Below, piece by piece: positions 36,945 through 47,818 of a stretch of DNA of 64,000 bases (positions are counted from its first letter, which is position 1; every line of letters starts with the position of its first letter). The stretch covers positions 10,827,003-10,891,002 of the forward strand of contig MU053934.1 of the NCBI GenBank assembly GCA_013239625.1, given 5' to 3'. Both the position numbers and the translations under genes were made by a program. A model generated the notes under the pieces. That model ran no database searches and was not told where the DNA came from. It saw nothing but the letters and a program-made list of their open reading frames with translations. The DNA comes from Lama guanicoe. Its lineage: Eukaryota.

Positions 36945-37460
36945 AATTTTCTAATTAACTGACTTTATTTTCAGCAGTTTTTGGTTTGCAGAAAAATTAA
37001 GTGGAAAGGACGGAGTTCCCGTGAGCCCCCTTCGCGCACAGTCTCCCTATTATGACGCCTCGCGTGGGCACACGCGCGAGTGTGGTGCGGGGCCATGGTT
37101 GCTGAGCTGGTGCGGATACACTGTTAGTAACGCGGGGTTCACTCTTGGTCTCCCGTGGGCTGTGGGTTTGGAGTGGCTGTGATGGCATGAGCTCACCATT
37201 AACGTATGGCGCAGATGACCTTTGCTCCCCTGAAAACCCTCTGCCCTCTGCCCGGTCTTCCTTCCGTCTCTCCTCCCGGACCCCTGGCCACCTCTGGTCT
37301 CTCACTGTCTGTCTGGGTTTGCCCTTCCCAGAAGCTCACAGAGTCGGGACCCTGCCGTAAGCAGCCTTCTCAGGTTGGCGTCTTTCCCTTAGCAACATGC
37401 ATCTCGGGTTCTGTCGCATCTCCCTGTGACTAGATGGCTCGTTTCTTTCTTTGTGTCTTT
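36945..37460 (-). mobile_element. L1MB/L1MC 3' end, GC-shifted
   Basis: 'gactttattttcagcagtttttggtttgcagaaaaattaagtggaaaggacggagttccc...gggtttgcccttcccagaagctcacagagtcggga...gcagccttctcaggttggc'. Confidence 0.8.
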
Positions 37461-38277
37461 TACCCGCATGAAGAAGCCATGTGACCTGCCCCACAGCATC
37501 ACTTTTTGACAACCATGCAGGTTCATGAAGAAGGTTTCCTTTTCCCCATAACCCGAGGAGAGGGGCGCCCGTCATCTAGTTAAGAACATGAAAGGGGAAG
37601 GCGTTTGTCACAGGCCACGCGGCCGCCATCCCTGACTCCGGGACCCCAGGCCGGGTACCTGCAACACCAAGGCCAGCGGGGCCGGCGTGATGCAATCTTG
37701 CTGAAGACGCGGACCCTCAGGCTCTCCCCAGGCCGACTGCCTCCCCGTCTGCACCCGGACAAGACCCAGGTGCGGCTCTGACCACAGCTCTGCCCGTCCA
37801 GGGGACAGACGGCCCCTCCCTGGCACACAGAGCCCAGAGCAGCTGTGGAATTCTGGCAAGACGACAAGGTGGGAGGTTACCTTGTTCTGGGAAGATCTGT
37901 TTCCATCTTGAGGAGTGTGAAGAAAGGAGCCTGGATCTCAAGCTCTGAGCCCCGAATGACAGACCCCCGCAACATTCAACCCCAGGCTCAGCTCAACCCG
38001 GCTTCGAAACAAGGACCTGAAAAGGGGACTCAGACCAGCCAGCGTGGGCTTGGGAACTCCAGAGCGGTGGGGAAGGCGCAGGGGTGGAGAGGCACGGCCA
38101 CAGTGGGGAGGGCACAGGAGGGGTGCGCGGGGCGACCGGAGCTGCCGAGAGCCGTGCCCTACCTTGGGAGGAGGAGAGAGAAGATGTCTGTGGGGAGGCA
38201 GTCTTCAAGTCGAGTCTCCACAAACGAGGAGGAGCTTTGATTCTATGTCAGTGGACTAACAACACGCCTCTGCTTCT

Positions 38278-38560
38278 TTTTTTAAAACGTTTTCCCTTTT
38301 TTTATTGAAGTCTAGTCAGTTTGTAACATCACGTCAGTGTCTGGGGCACAGCGTCGTGTTTCAGTCATACGTGCATGTCCGTGTATGCCTTTTCATGGTA
38401 AGTCACTGCGAGATATTGAGTAGAGCTCCCTGTGCTGCACAGTGGGAGCTTGCTGCTCATCTATTTTAAATACAGTAGTCAGTATCTGCTAATCTCGAAC
38501 TCCCCGTTTATCCCCCCACCTCTCCCCCTCTGGTAACCAGGGCTTTGCTTTCTGTGTCCG
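38278..38560 (-). mobile_element. Lineage-specific L1 3' end
   Basis: 'ttttattgaagtctagtcagtt...gagctccctgtgctgcacag...tatctgctaatctcgaactcc...tggtaacca'. Confidence 0.9.
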
Positions 38561-40022
38561 ATGGCACCTCTGCTTCTGATTAGCCTATCTGACCTGAATC
38601 GCTCTGGCCCCGGCTGACGTCAACAGAACCGGCCTCTGCCCTTACGACGGGCGCTTGCTGAGAACGTCTGCCTCCCGGGACCCCACATCCGCAGGACGAC
38701 CAGCCGTTGGGTGGGAAATCCGAAGCCTAGAGGGCACGGGGGAGAACCCAGGTCACGCAGGGCAAACGGGAAGGTGCTGGAACTGCTAAAGAGATGTGTG
38801 AATTCTGGTGTCAGCTTGGGCTCCACCGTCAGCCCGCACCTTCCCTCAGGGACCTCATTTATGCCCACGTTTCCCAGGGCCGTGGGTGTCCAACAATGAG
38901 CTGGACTCGATGAGCATGCAATTAAAAAGGTGACATTTCGATAGATGAAACAGCTGTGAGGTGTGGCTCACTGACGGTCACCCAGTCAGTCCTGCTTCAG
39001 AAATGCCACCGAGCACCTGCTGTGCCCCAGCCAGTCTGCTGGGGTTGAGGGTACCAGGCTTGACAAAACATGTTTGTCACACGGACACTGAGAGTCTCTG
39101 ATGTGCCTGGCTCCTCGGAGGTGACTCAGCCAGGACCAGTCGGAATTCTACGTTTTGGAGACAGGCAGTCGCACTATTTAGCTGTTTACTGGTCCTCATG
39201 TGTTAGGGCTGTGCCTCAGTTTCCTTGTCTGAGATGTGGGCATGAGAACCCGCCATCTGCCTTCTTCAGGGAGATGCCGCAAAGACTAAATATCTTCTCC
39301 AACATGCAATCCGTTTGAGACCTATGGAGTCCTGAACCAGGGCAACCTGCGGTGGCTTCGTGGGAGCTACTCTCCCGCCCGTGGCTCACAGCTGAGCGAT
39401 GCTCCTAGGGTCCTCCCACCCTTGTGAGTGTTAGAGGAGTGGCTTGCAAAGCTGCAGGCACGAGGCCCCGGCTGTCAGTCAGTGCGTGGGCCCAGCCCAC
39501 GATGCTGACGGCCATTCCTTAGAAGGCGGTTTGGCCTCACTTCCGGTTGTGGGGTTCGCTTTAGGGAAATGAATGATTCAAGGGCTGGTTGAGCTGCTGA
39601 GGCCATAAATTCTTGGACAAATTTCCACAGACCTGGAGGCGTATTTGTAAGTAGATGAGACTGGAAAGGATGCACAGATCAGGCTCCCTGGCGGGCAGCG
39701 CCTCTCTGAAGGCTGTCTAACCTCATTGCGTCCTGCCTTGATTTACAGCCGTCAGATGGGGCCCCGGACCCAGAGAGAAGGTCAGGGCACCTTCCCATCC
39801 TAGGGTTGCCCCTCCTTCGTACCCAGCATCCTGGCACCTCACCCCTCTACCTGTATCAGTTCTCAGCAGCTGCACCGCCGGTGCCCTGTGCATGGTTCAC
39901 AGTGCACGTGCATGATGCTCAGCCGGCGGTGCTGGTCCCCTGCTGGTCTGGCCTGGGTCCACCCAACCGGAACACAGGGCTGGCGGGTCAGTGAGGGCCG
40001 GGCTTCCCTGGGACACCCGGCC

Positions 40023-40051
40023 GCTCTGCTCTGCTCTGCTCTGCTCTGCTC
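40023..40051. repeat. (GCTCT)n microsatellite
   Basis: gctctgctctgctctgctctgctctgctc. Confidence 0.95.
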
Positions 40052-40654
40052 CGTCTGGCCTCTCCCTCCAGGAGCTAGCAGGTGGAAGAAGTGTTGAGAG
40101 AGACAGAGAAGGAACAATCAGGCCCAAGGCCTGGCCTTGGAGCTTGAACAGCCCACGTCTGCCACATTCTGTCGGTCCCGGCAAAATCACCAGGCCCGCA
40201 CGAGCCACAGAGGAGGCGCCCCCAGCTTACCCGCTGGGTGTGGCCACTCTTTATCCAGACACCTTTGAAATGAAAAGACCAGCTCCCTGACCGGCCACTG
40301 TGACAGACAGGGCGAGATGGTTGGGGTGGGGCAGGGGTGCATCACACAGACTCTCCGTCCACGAGCAGAGGAGGTGGTGGCAGTCACGGCCCGGGAGCGG
40401 GTCCACACCAGCCAGGCTCAGGGCTCAGGGCCCCAGCATCAGAGGCAAGGGGGTTTTTTTCCGAGGATCCAGTCCTGTTCCCCGGGGATCGGTACCCTGA
40501 CCCCTCATCTTCCGTGGACCTCGGCTCAGCCCCCTGAGACGCCCTTGTTAGGAAGAAGCTGCAGCTGAGCATGTCTCTCATCCTTTCTGCCTTAAAAACA
40601 CGGGGACCCAGAGGCCTCTTTCATTCCCAGCTGTCACTGTTTCTTAAAAGCCTT

Positions 40655-40832
40655 CACTGGAGGGAGGTATAAATTAGAAGCTTGGGATTAACAGATACAC
40701 ACTACTGTATCTAAAATAGGTAAGCAGCAAAGTCCTGCTGTGCAGCACAGGGAAATGTAGTCAATATTTTGCAATAACCTATGTTGGAAAAGAACCTGAA
40801 AAAGAATAGATAGATAGACAGATAGACAGATA
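40655..40832 (+). mobile_element. L1 3' end fragment ending in (GATA/GACA)n
   Basis: 'aaattagaagcttgggattaacagatacacactactgtat...gcacagggaa...tcaatattttgcaataacctat'. Confidence 0.9.
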
Positions 40833-42919
40833 AAAGGCATCCAAGCACCTGGCTTTCCAGTGACGAACTTGAAGTCAGGACTCTAAAACACTCCCACCTC
40901 GCCACCCCTTTGCCCCCTGACCCCCTACCCTCCCCAGTAACCCTGACGCCTCAGGGCCAAGGAGCAGACACACTGCCGGCAAACTTACCGCCCACCCGGC
41001 CGTCAGATCCAGCCTGTACTTGGCAGAGACACATACGCCATGACGGCAGCAGGGGCGGCGGGCGCTGCCGGCTCCGTGCAGAAGGCCACAAGCGTGGGTG
41101 ATGACGGCCCCAGTGGAGCGACGGCGCAGGGCTGTTTTCCCTTTATTGTGATTAACGCTGATAGTGGTGGCAGTACCCAGTCTTGTGTTTGTGTGACATG
41201 GCGCGTGTAAGGACTCCCAGCTCGTTGCAAACGGTTCACTCATCTGTGCAGCGCAAAGTGCAGTGGGTGGGAGAAAGCATGTGCGGCCGCGTCTGAGGGC
41301 CCAGCAGGAAGACCAGCCTGGAGGGGGCCCTCGACTTGGTTCCTATGTATCCAGGTGAGGCATTGGTCTCCTCAGAGCCTCGGTGTCGTCTTCTATAAAA
41401 TGAAGGGATTGGGTGCTGCACTTAGAACAGCCTCTCCTGGGTATGATATTCTCGTGCGAGAGATGAACTGGATAAACCAGAACCCACACCTGCCGCCCCA
41501 GTGATCTGAAGTCCCAGGCTGCGGGGTCTGACAGATGAAAGGATTGCATCAGTGCGCCAAGCCCCATTTCAGGACAGTTTCCTGGCCTGCAGAATGGGCC
41601 TTTAATGGGCTTTGAGGGTATTCTGAGATCGAGTGAGATGAAATCCTCAGAGCACCCAGGTCAGTGCCAGACACACGCTGGACGTGAAACTGAAGACAGC
41701 CCTTAGTGAAGCTGGGTTCACGCCCAGGCCCCCCGACCACCTGGCTAGTTGACTTTGCTCTTCTGTGAGAGAGGATGGATGCTGTCCAGTCACCCGGGTG
41801 CCCATGGCAGTGAGGCCCAGAGTGAAGGTCTGGGGTGCCCTTCAGAAGATGTGAGCTCTGGCAGCTGCAGGCTCGATTCTGGGCTCACCCGGCTGTGAGG
41901 CCCCCGTCTGGTGGCTACCTCTCTCAGACCTGTTTTTGCTCCTGTCAAACGCCGGTCCAGGGACGGGTAGGAGGGCTGGGGTCGAACTCAGAGGCTCCCT
42001 CCCCACCTCCTGGGTGTGGAGTGACAGTTTTCTCCAACTACAAAGACGTTTTCCATGACCATCGTCACTCTCTGCCCCCAGGTGCCCTCAGGAGCACGAG
42101 GGACCACGGCAGGGTACGGAAGCGATGCTCTAAGATAAGTACCTGAGATGTCCCCACTCTCTTCTGCTTCTGCAGGACAGCTGCAGCCATGTCTTCTCAT
42201 TATTAAAAAAAAAGGTAGAAAACATTCAATGAAACCCATGAACTTGGGCCTGGGGTGTGGATTCAGAGCCCCTGAGCCTGGAGCGGTGGCTTCCTGGCGA
42301 CCCCGAGGCCCAGGGGCTGCACCGTTCCCAGTCCCAGGGGTCCTCTGCTCCCCGATTCAGGGCTGGACCCCTGGCCGACACTCGGACCCCAACAGTAGGC
42401 AGCTTCTGGGAAACCTTTCTGTCGAAGCTGCGCTGAGGCCAGGCCGCGGGCTTCCGCAGGGTCCTGGCAGCATCATGACAACCTGGAGGTTTTTATGCTG
42501 GAATGTGCGCGGGTGAGGTCCTCCGGTGCCCAAACGCTGCTTCCAGCACGTTCTGGATGAAGTTTAAATCTGATTTCACAGCCACCAGGGTTTTGCAATA
42601 TGATGAGAATTATCATTAAGTGTGAGATGCGGTTCGGGAGATAATATTATTATTAAAAATATTAGTCTGTGTGTACACACTGCTTCTTTCTTCGTAATCC
42701 TTCCTGACAGGAAATGGAGGCAAGATAGAGTATTATTACTTTATTATCATGATTGCTCCCATCTTTCTCTTCAGGAAGCTGAGGCCCGGCGCTGCTCGCT
42801 CTGGGGCGGGCCGTCTTTCTCCCAGAGGCGGAGTCGGTTCTGGCTGCTCTCAGCGGTGAGCGCTTCCCACCGCAGAAACAGCCACCCCCTCACCCCCAGC
42901 ACCGGTGGACGTGCCCTCA

Positions 42920-43240
42920 GTTGCGGATGTACCAGGGGTCTCACGATCACCCTGGATCAGGAGGTCCTAACCCCAGTGACCACCGCTTGTGTGAGGCAGG
43001 AGAGCAGACGCGGGGGAGGCCACGCGGCGATGCAGGCAGAGAGCAGGGTGACATCCCCGAGACGCCAGCATTGCCAAGAGCCGTGCGCGGTGGGGAGGGG
43101 GGGAGGTGCGAGGCGGGTTCTCCGCAGAACCTCCCGAAGGAACTGGCCCTCTGGCCCTTCGCTCTCAGACTTCGGGCTCTGGGACCAGGAGAGAGTAGAA
43201 CTTCGTGGGGTTTAGCCCCTCTGCAGCTCCAGGCCCCTGC
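42920..43240 (+). mobile_element. MLT1 (MaLR) LTR, GC-shifted
   Basis: 'ggccacgcggcgatgcaggcagagagcagggtga...ttctccgcagaacctcccgaaggaactggccct...ctcagacttcgggctc'. Confidence 0.75.
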
Positions 43241-44952
43241 AGCTCCCCGCAGCGCCCTCATCCCTCCCCGGCAGCCCACTGCCCGTTGGCTGGAGCACCC
43301 GGGGAGGGTCTGGCCGGCTCCCGGCGAGGGTACAAGGGCTGCTCCGTCTGCACTGGGACGATGGGCGCTCAGCTGCGGACAGGCCCTGGCTCCGCCCATG
43401 GACTTTTCCTGAGCAGCCCCTTGGCTGGCAGGGCCCCTCCCTCCCTTCGGCTGGGCAGGGCCGCCCCTTGGAGGGTGATGGCAGTGATGGGCGGCCCCGC
43501 CACCAGCCCCCTGGAGCCTGAGGGGCTCGTGGTCCAGCAGTAGATGACGTCACCAGGGCTCCCCTCACTTGTAAGCAAGGTCACCAAGGCAGGAGGAGAG
43601 GAAGACTCTCGTGGGGCAGGGCTCACCCCAGGAGAGCCCAGCTGACGCCCGAGACCTCAGCCAGCCTGCGCCGCGGGTGAGCCACTTCACGTCCCCTCGG
43701 CGCTCAGAGCTGCGTTCCCAGGATGTGCTGGGGGCCGAGTTCAGCGGGGAGTGAGCCACAAACCCCCAACCCCTCGCACCGGAGCGAGAGCCCGTTACAG
43801 CATCGTCACCAGTCATGAGAACGTTTCCCTTTGTTCAATCCCAGGTACCTTCCGGTGACAATGTGTCACCGTTCACCTGTGAGGAAGACACGCAGCCTCT
43901 GGTGCTTCCTGCTGCTGTGACTGGGCTGCGTTCAGAGAAAGATGGCAGAGGCGAAATAGAAGAGGGGACATTTTAGAAAACGTGATATTTAAAAGACAGT
44001 AAGTCCTCAGTCTGGAAATTTGACATTTGAAAGCCACCTTCGATTTTTCTTTTAAAAAAAAGCCTCTTCTAGCCTATGGAGAAAATGTATAAAACTCTTG
44101 AGAGTTTTGCCTGGAGAGACAACGTTTCCATTTTCTCTCTCCGAGAAGTTGAGTTGCAAGAGCAAAAGATACCATCCTGTCCTGCAAGACGCCTGAGCAC
44201 CAGGAGGGGGCAAGGTGAGGGGTCCGGGCAGCTCCCCGGGCCCCGGGTTCCCTGCCCTCCACGGGCGCCCCCTTAGATGCTGGGTTCTCAGGGTTAAGAA
44301 GAGGGGAGACACCTAGAAATTATGCTGCAGGTTTCAGAGGTTTGGCCTAAGTAGGGAGCTTCATGTTCTGAGACCCAGGGGGCTGCGTGGGACCTGGCGG
44401 GAGGCGGGGCAGCCTGCTCATGGGGGAAGGAGACAGGTGTGCACGTGTGCCTGGGGCTGGAACTGTCTCCCCTTCTCTCTGTCTCTCTGCAGCTGTGGGT
44501 GAGCACATGGGGATAACTCATGAGACGTCTGGGAAGGCTGGAGGTGGGGGGGTGCCCTCAAGGCAGGGCTGAGCCGGTGGGCGTGGCCCCCAGTTGGGGA
44601 GGTGGGTGGGTGGCGGGACCAGACCAGCGGCAGCGTGGCTCCCTCTCATGCATGACCCCGCACCGTCTCTGCCTGGGCTGAGGGGCACAGAGCCCTCCCC
44701 ACGGCACCTGTGCCCCTGGGTGGGCAGGCTGGACAGGTGTCTGCTGCAGGAGTCTCCGCCTGGGGAGCGGGACGGCCTCCCGGCGGTGCGAGGCTGGGGC
44801 TGCACCGCCCGGATGAGCAGGTTGGTGTAGGGGGGTCGGCTGAGGCCCCTGAGGTTGGCCCCAGAGAGTTACCCCAACACAGGCAGCCTGGGTCAGAACC
44901 ACAGGGCCTGGACCAGGGGGCCACGTCCTGCATGCAAAGCACGGTTCACGCC

Positions 44953-45431
44953 TGTCGACTGCAATGAATGCGCAGCCTAAAAGTTGAGAGTTATGCTTCA
45001 CTTGGCAGGAGGACTCGAGCCGGGATGACAGACCCTCAGGTGGCTCTGAGGGGCTGCTCCGAAGAGGTAGGGGAGGGGCCAGGATATACAGGAGCTTTAC
45101 AACTAAGACCAGGGAGTTGGAACAATAAAAGGTTACTTGTTATCTGAAGAAAACCAGGCATCTCAAGTTAAAGAATTCAGTGCTTCTCTATGTGTGGGAG
45201 GAAGCAAGCATCTGGGCTCCTTGAACTCCTCCCTTTGACAAGCTCCTAGCTGTCTAGGGCCAGTGCCCTGTCCTTTCTTGTTCTGAGTCCCCTCAGAGGG
45301 CAGCACTGTTAGCGGCTGCAGAGGCTGGGCTGCAGGCTTGTCCTCCCTGGGGGCGGGGAGCAGCCGCTGATGGCTTGATGGCTTCAGCATTCTTTGTTTA
45401 CTGATATGGTTCGCAGTATTTTTCGCTCACA
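44953..45431 (-). mobile_element. ERV1 solo LTR (479 bp), cetartiodactyl type
   Basis: TG...CA termini and a 4-bp TSD (CGCC / CACC). The minus strand starts TGTGAGCGAAAAATACTGCGAACCATATCAGTAAACAAAGAATG. Confidence 0.9.
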
Positions 45432-47269
45432 CACCCCAGGGCCCAGCTTCTGGGCAGCTGTCGGAGAAAGGGCCCAGAACCGCAGCGCCTGTGCCGGACT
45501 CTGGATAAAACCCAAGTGCCTAGAAACCCGCCAGCCGAGCCTGCAGTGGGAAGGGGGGTGCCCCGCATGGGGACCTCCAGAGGGTCACCTTCAAAGATCC
45601 AAGCAGACGCTGAGCAGAGCAGGCTGAGCCGCTGGCGTTGGACAGGCATTTGCCTGAAATGAAATGCTTTATGATTTGGGTAAACTGGGGACCCACAGCC
45701 GGCAACTTTCACAAGCGCACCAGGACCCGGGGAGCTCCTGGGGTCACCGCACAGATCCTGCGGGTCTTTGCTGCTGTTTGCCGTCCGCTCTGGCTTTTTC
45801 CTGCTTTCAGCATCTCTAGTGGTCCTGTCCAGGGCCAAGCCCAGGCGTGGTGCGGGTGAGGGCACCGTGCAGCCTCTCGCAGCGTGAGACCAACGTGCTC
45901 GCAGAGTCCGCGCGTTTTGATGGTGGAAGAACACTTGTCAAAGCCTCTGGTGATCTCCTGCGGACAGGGGACAGAGGGGAAGCGGGGGCCGGGGCCCCCG
46001 GATGGCGGGGGGCAGCAGGGCCCGGGAGTGGGGGTGTGGCTTCCTGGCAGACGCACTGGCCTCGCTTTAGGAGCGGAGCTGCCTGACCGTGGCTCTCCCT
46101 CAGCCTCTCTCTCGCTCACTGCCCGCCCCTTGCCGGCCTGTGAGGTGCCGTCAGGCCCGACAGCATGTCACCTGCACGCCAGCTGTGGTGCAGAGCAGCC
46201 CAGTCACTGCCACACTCGGGGCGCGGAGAGCGCACTGAGCACGCAGCCAAAGCGGCGGGTACACGGTGTCAGCTTGGACGAGAAGAGCCCTGGCCCGCGG
46301 CACTGCGCTGGGGGGCTGTTCACAGACGCTGGCCAGGTGCCGGCTTCGCGTGCCCAGAGGCGGCACCCAGGCTCGCCCTGGGGGGACCAGGGAGAACAGT
46401 GCGGGAAGCATTCCGGGCTGAGCGGGGCTGGGAGCACAGGGCAGAGGGGCAAATGGTGCCACCAATGCTCAGGAACACAGGGCGACTGCTGAAGAAATCG
46501 CTGGTTTCTGCTGGGCATCTGCACGGAGGTCTTGAACCAGAGCAGAAGGGGGACATCGTAACAGATCAGTCAGGCTGGAAAGGTCACAGTCCCTGAAGAG
46601 CGGGGCGATTAGAGCAGACTTAAGAGAAGGGCGACTCTGAGAAGCTGGGCGTGACCGTGAGGAGACAGTGTGGCCCCGGGCGGAGCCAGGCCGAGCTCAC
46701 GTGGTGAAGCTTTGTAGGCGCTATTCAGTATTGCTCCAGAGGAAAGTGTTCAGAACAACAATATATTCTTGCCCTGGGTGGCTGTCCATGGCTGTCAGTG
46801 TGGGGTCACTCAACTGACACACGTTCAGCTCCAAGGTGGATGGAGGGAGGGAGGGAGGGTCTCCAGATTCTGCTCCCAACTGGCTTCCCTCCGCCCCGCT
46901 TGAATCCAGGCCGCACCACTCACTCAGCCACATCAGGCTTCTCTCCGGGGTCTCCCCAGCTCCAGTGGCTTCTAGAAGGATCTTTACAACCCTCAGCTCT
47001 GTCCCAACCACGCCCCTACTGTGGCAGCCCCCCCCCACACACAGGAAGCCCTGGCCAGTGTGACGGCCCCGCCCTTGCAGCTCAGCCCCACGCCTCCTCC
47101 CTTCCAGCCGGCACTCCTCTGTTCCAGCCGGCGCTGGGGCCGTCCCCGGGGCCACGCCAGGAGCTTTCCAGACTCCTGCTTCTGCTCGCCGGCGGCTGCC
47201 ACTTTGAATGCTGTCCCTTCCCTCTTGTCCTGTTTCACTCGGAGCCACATCAGCTTGGCCCCCGCAACG

Positions 47270-47818
47270 GGGGCTGAGGGAGCAGACGCTCGTTTCTCAC
47301 AGCCCTGGAGGCGGGAGGTCCGCGACCCCGAGCCCGGGGCCCCGGCGCGGGCGGGCCCAGTGAGGGTCCGCCTTCCGCTGCATTCGCACATAGAGGGGCT
47401 CTGCACCTCGCAGCCACACTGGCCCCAGTCACCAGCCGGGCCCACTCTGCTCATTCACTTTAAATGGATGTATTTCTCCTGGTCCCCCTCTGTCTTCCCA
47501 GAAGAGGGTCAGCTCCTCTGCTGGCGTCTGCTGTGACTTTGTGTCCCTTCCACATCCCTCTGCCCCTCGGTCTCTCTCCATCTCTCTGTCTCTGTCTCCC
47601 GTGTCCCTGCCCTGAGACCCACACCTGATTCGCCCTCACGGCAGGGGACCTGAGGAGGGCAGGGTCTGGGGTCCCCAGACCTTCCATGGGGCCCAGGAGG
47701 CCACTTGAGAGCTTAATACCCAGAGGTCAAGCCTGCAGGACAGACAATCATGCAAGGGCGCCGTGGGGGTTAGGGCTTCGACGGGTGCGCTCGGGGACGC
47801 AGACACGCAGCCCACGAC
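47270..47818 (-). mobile_element. MLT1A-like LTR, GC-shifted
   Basis: 'gtttctcacagccctggaggcgggaggtcc' and the terminal 'gggggttagggcttcgacggg...ggggacgcagacacgcagcccacgaca'. Confidence 0.65.

Noticed and set aside
44590..44620. G-quadruplex-forming motifs (also ~43090 and the C-run at 51214-51230)
   Set aside because: Common by chance at this GC content; no independent support.
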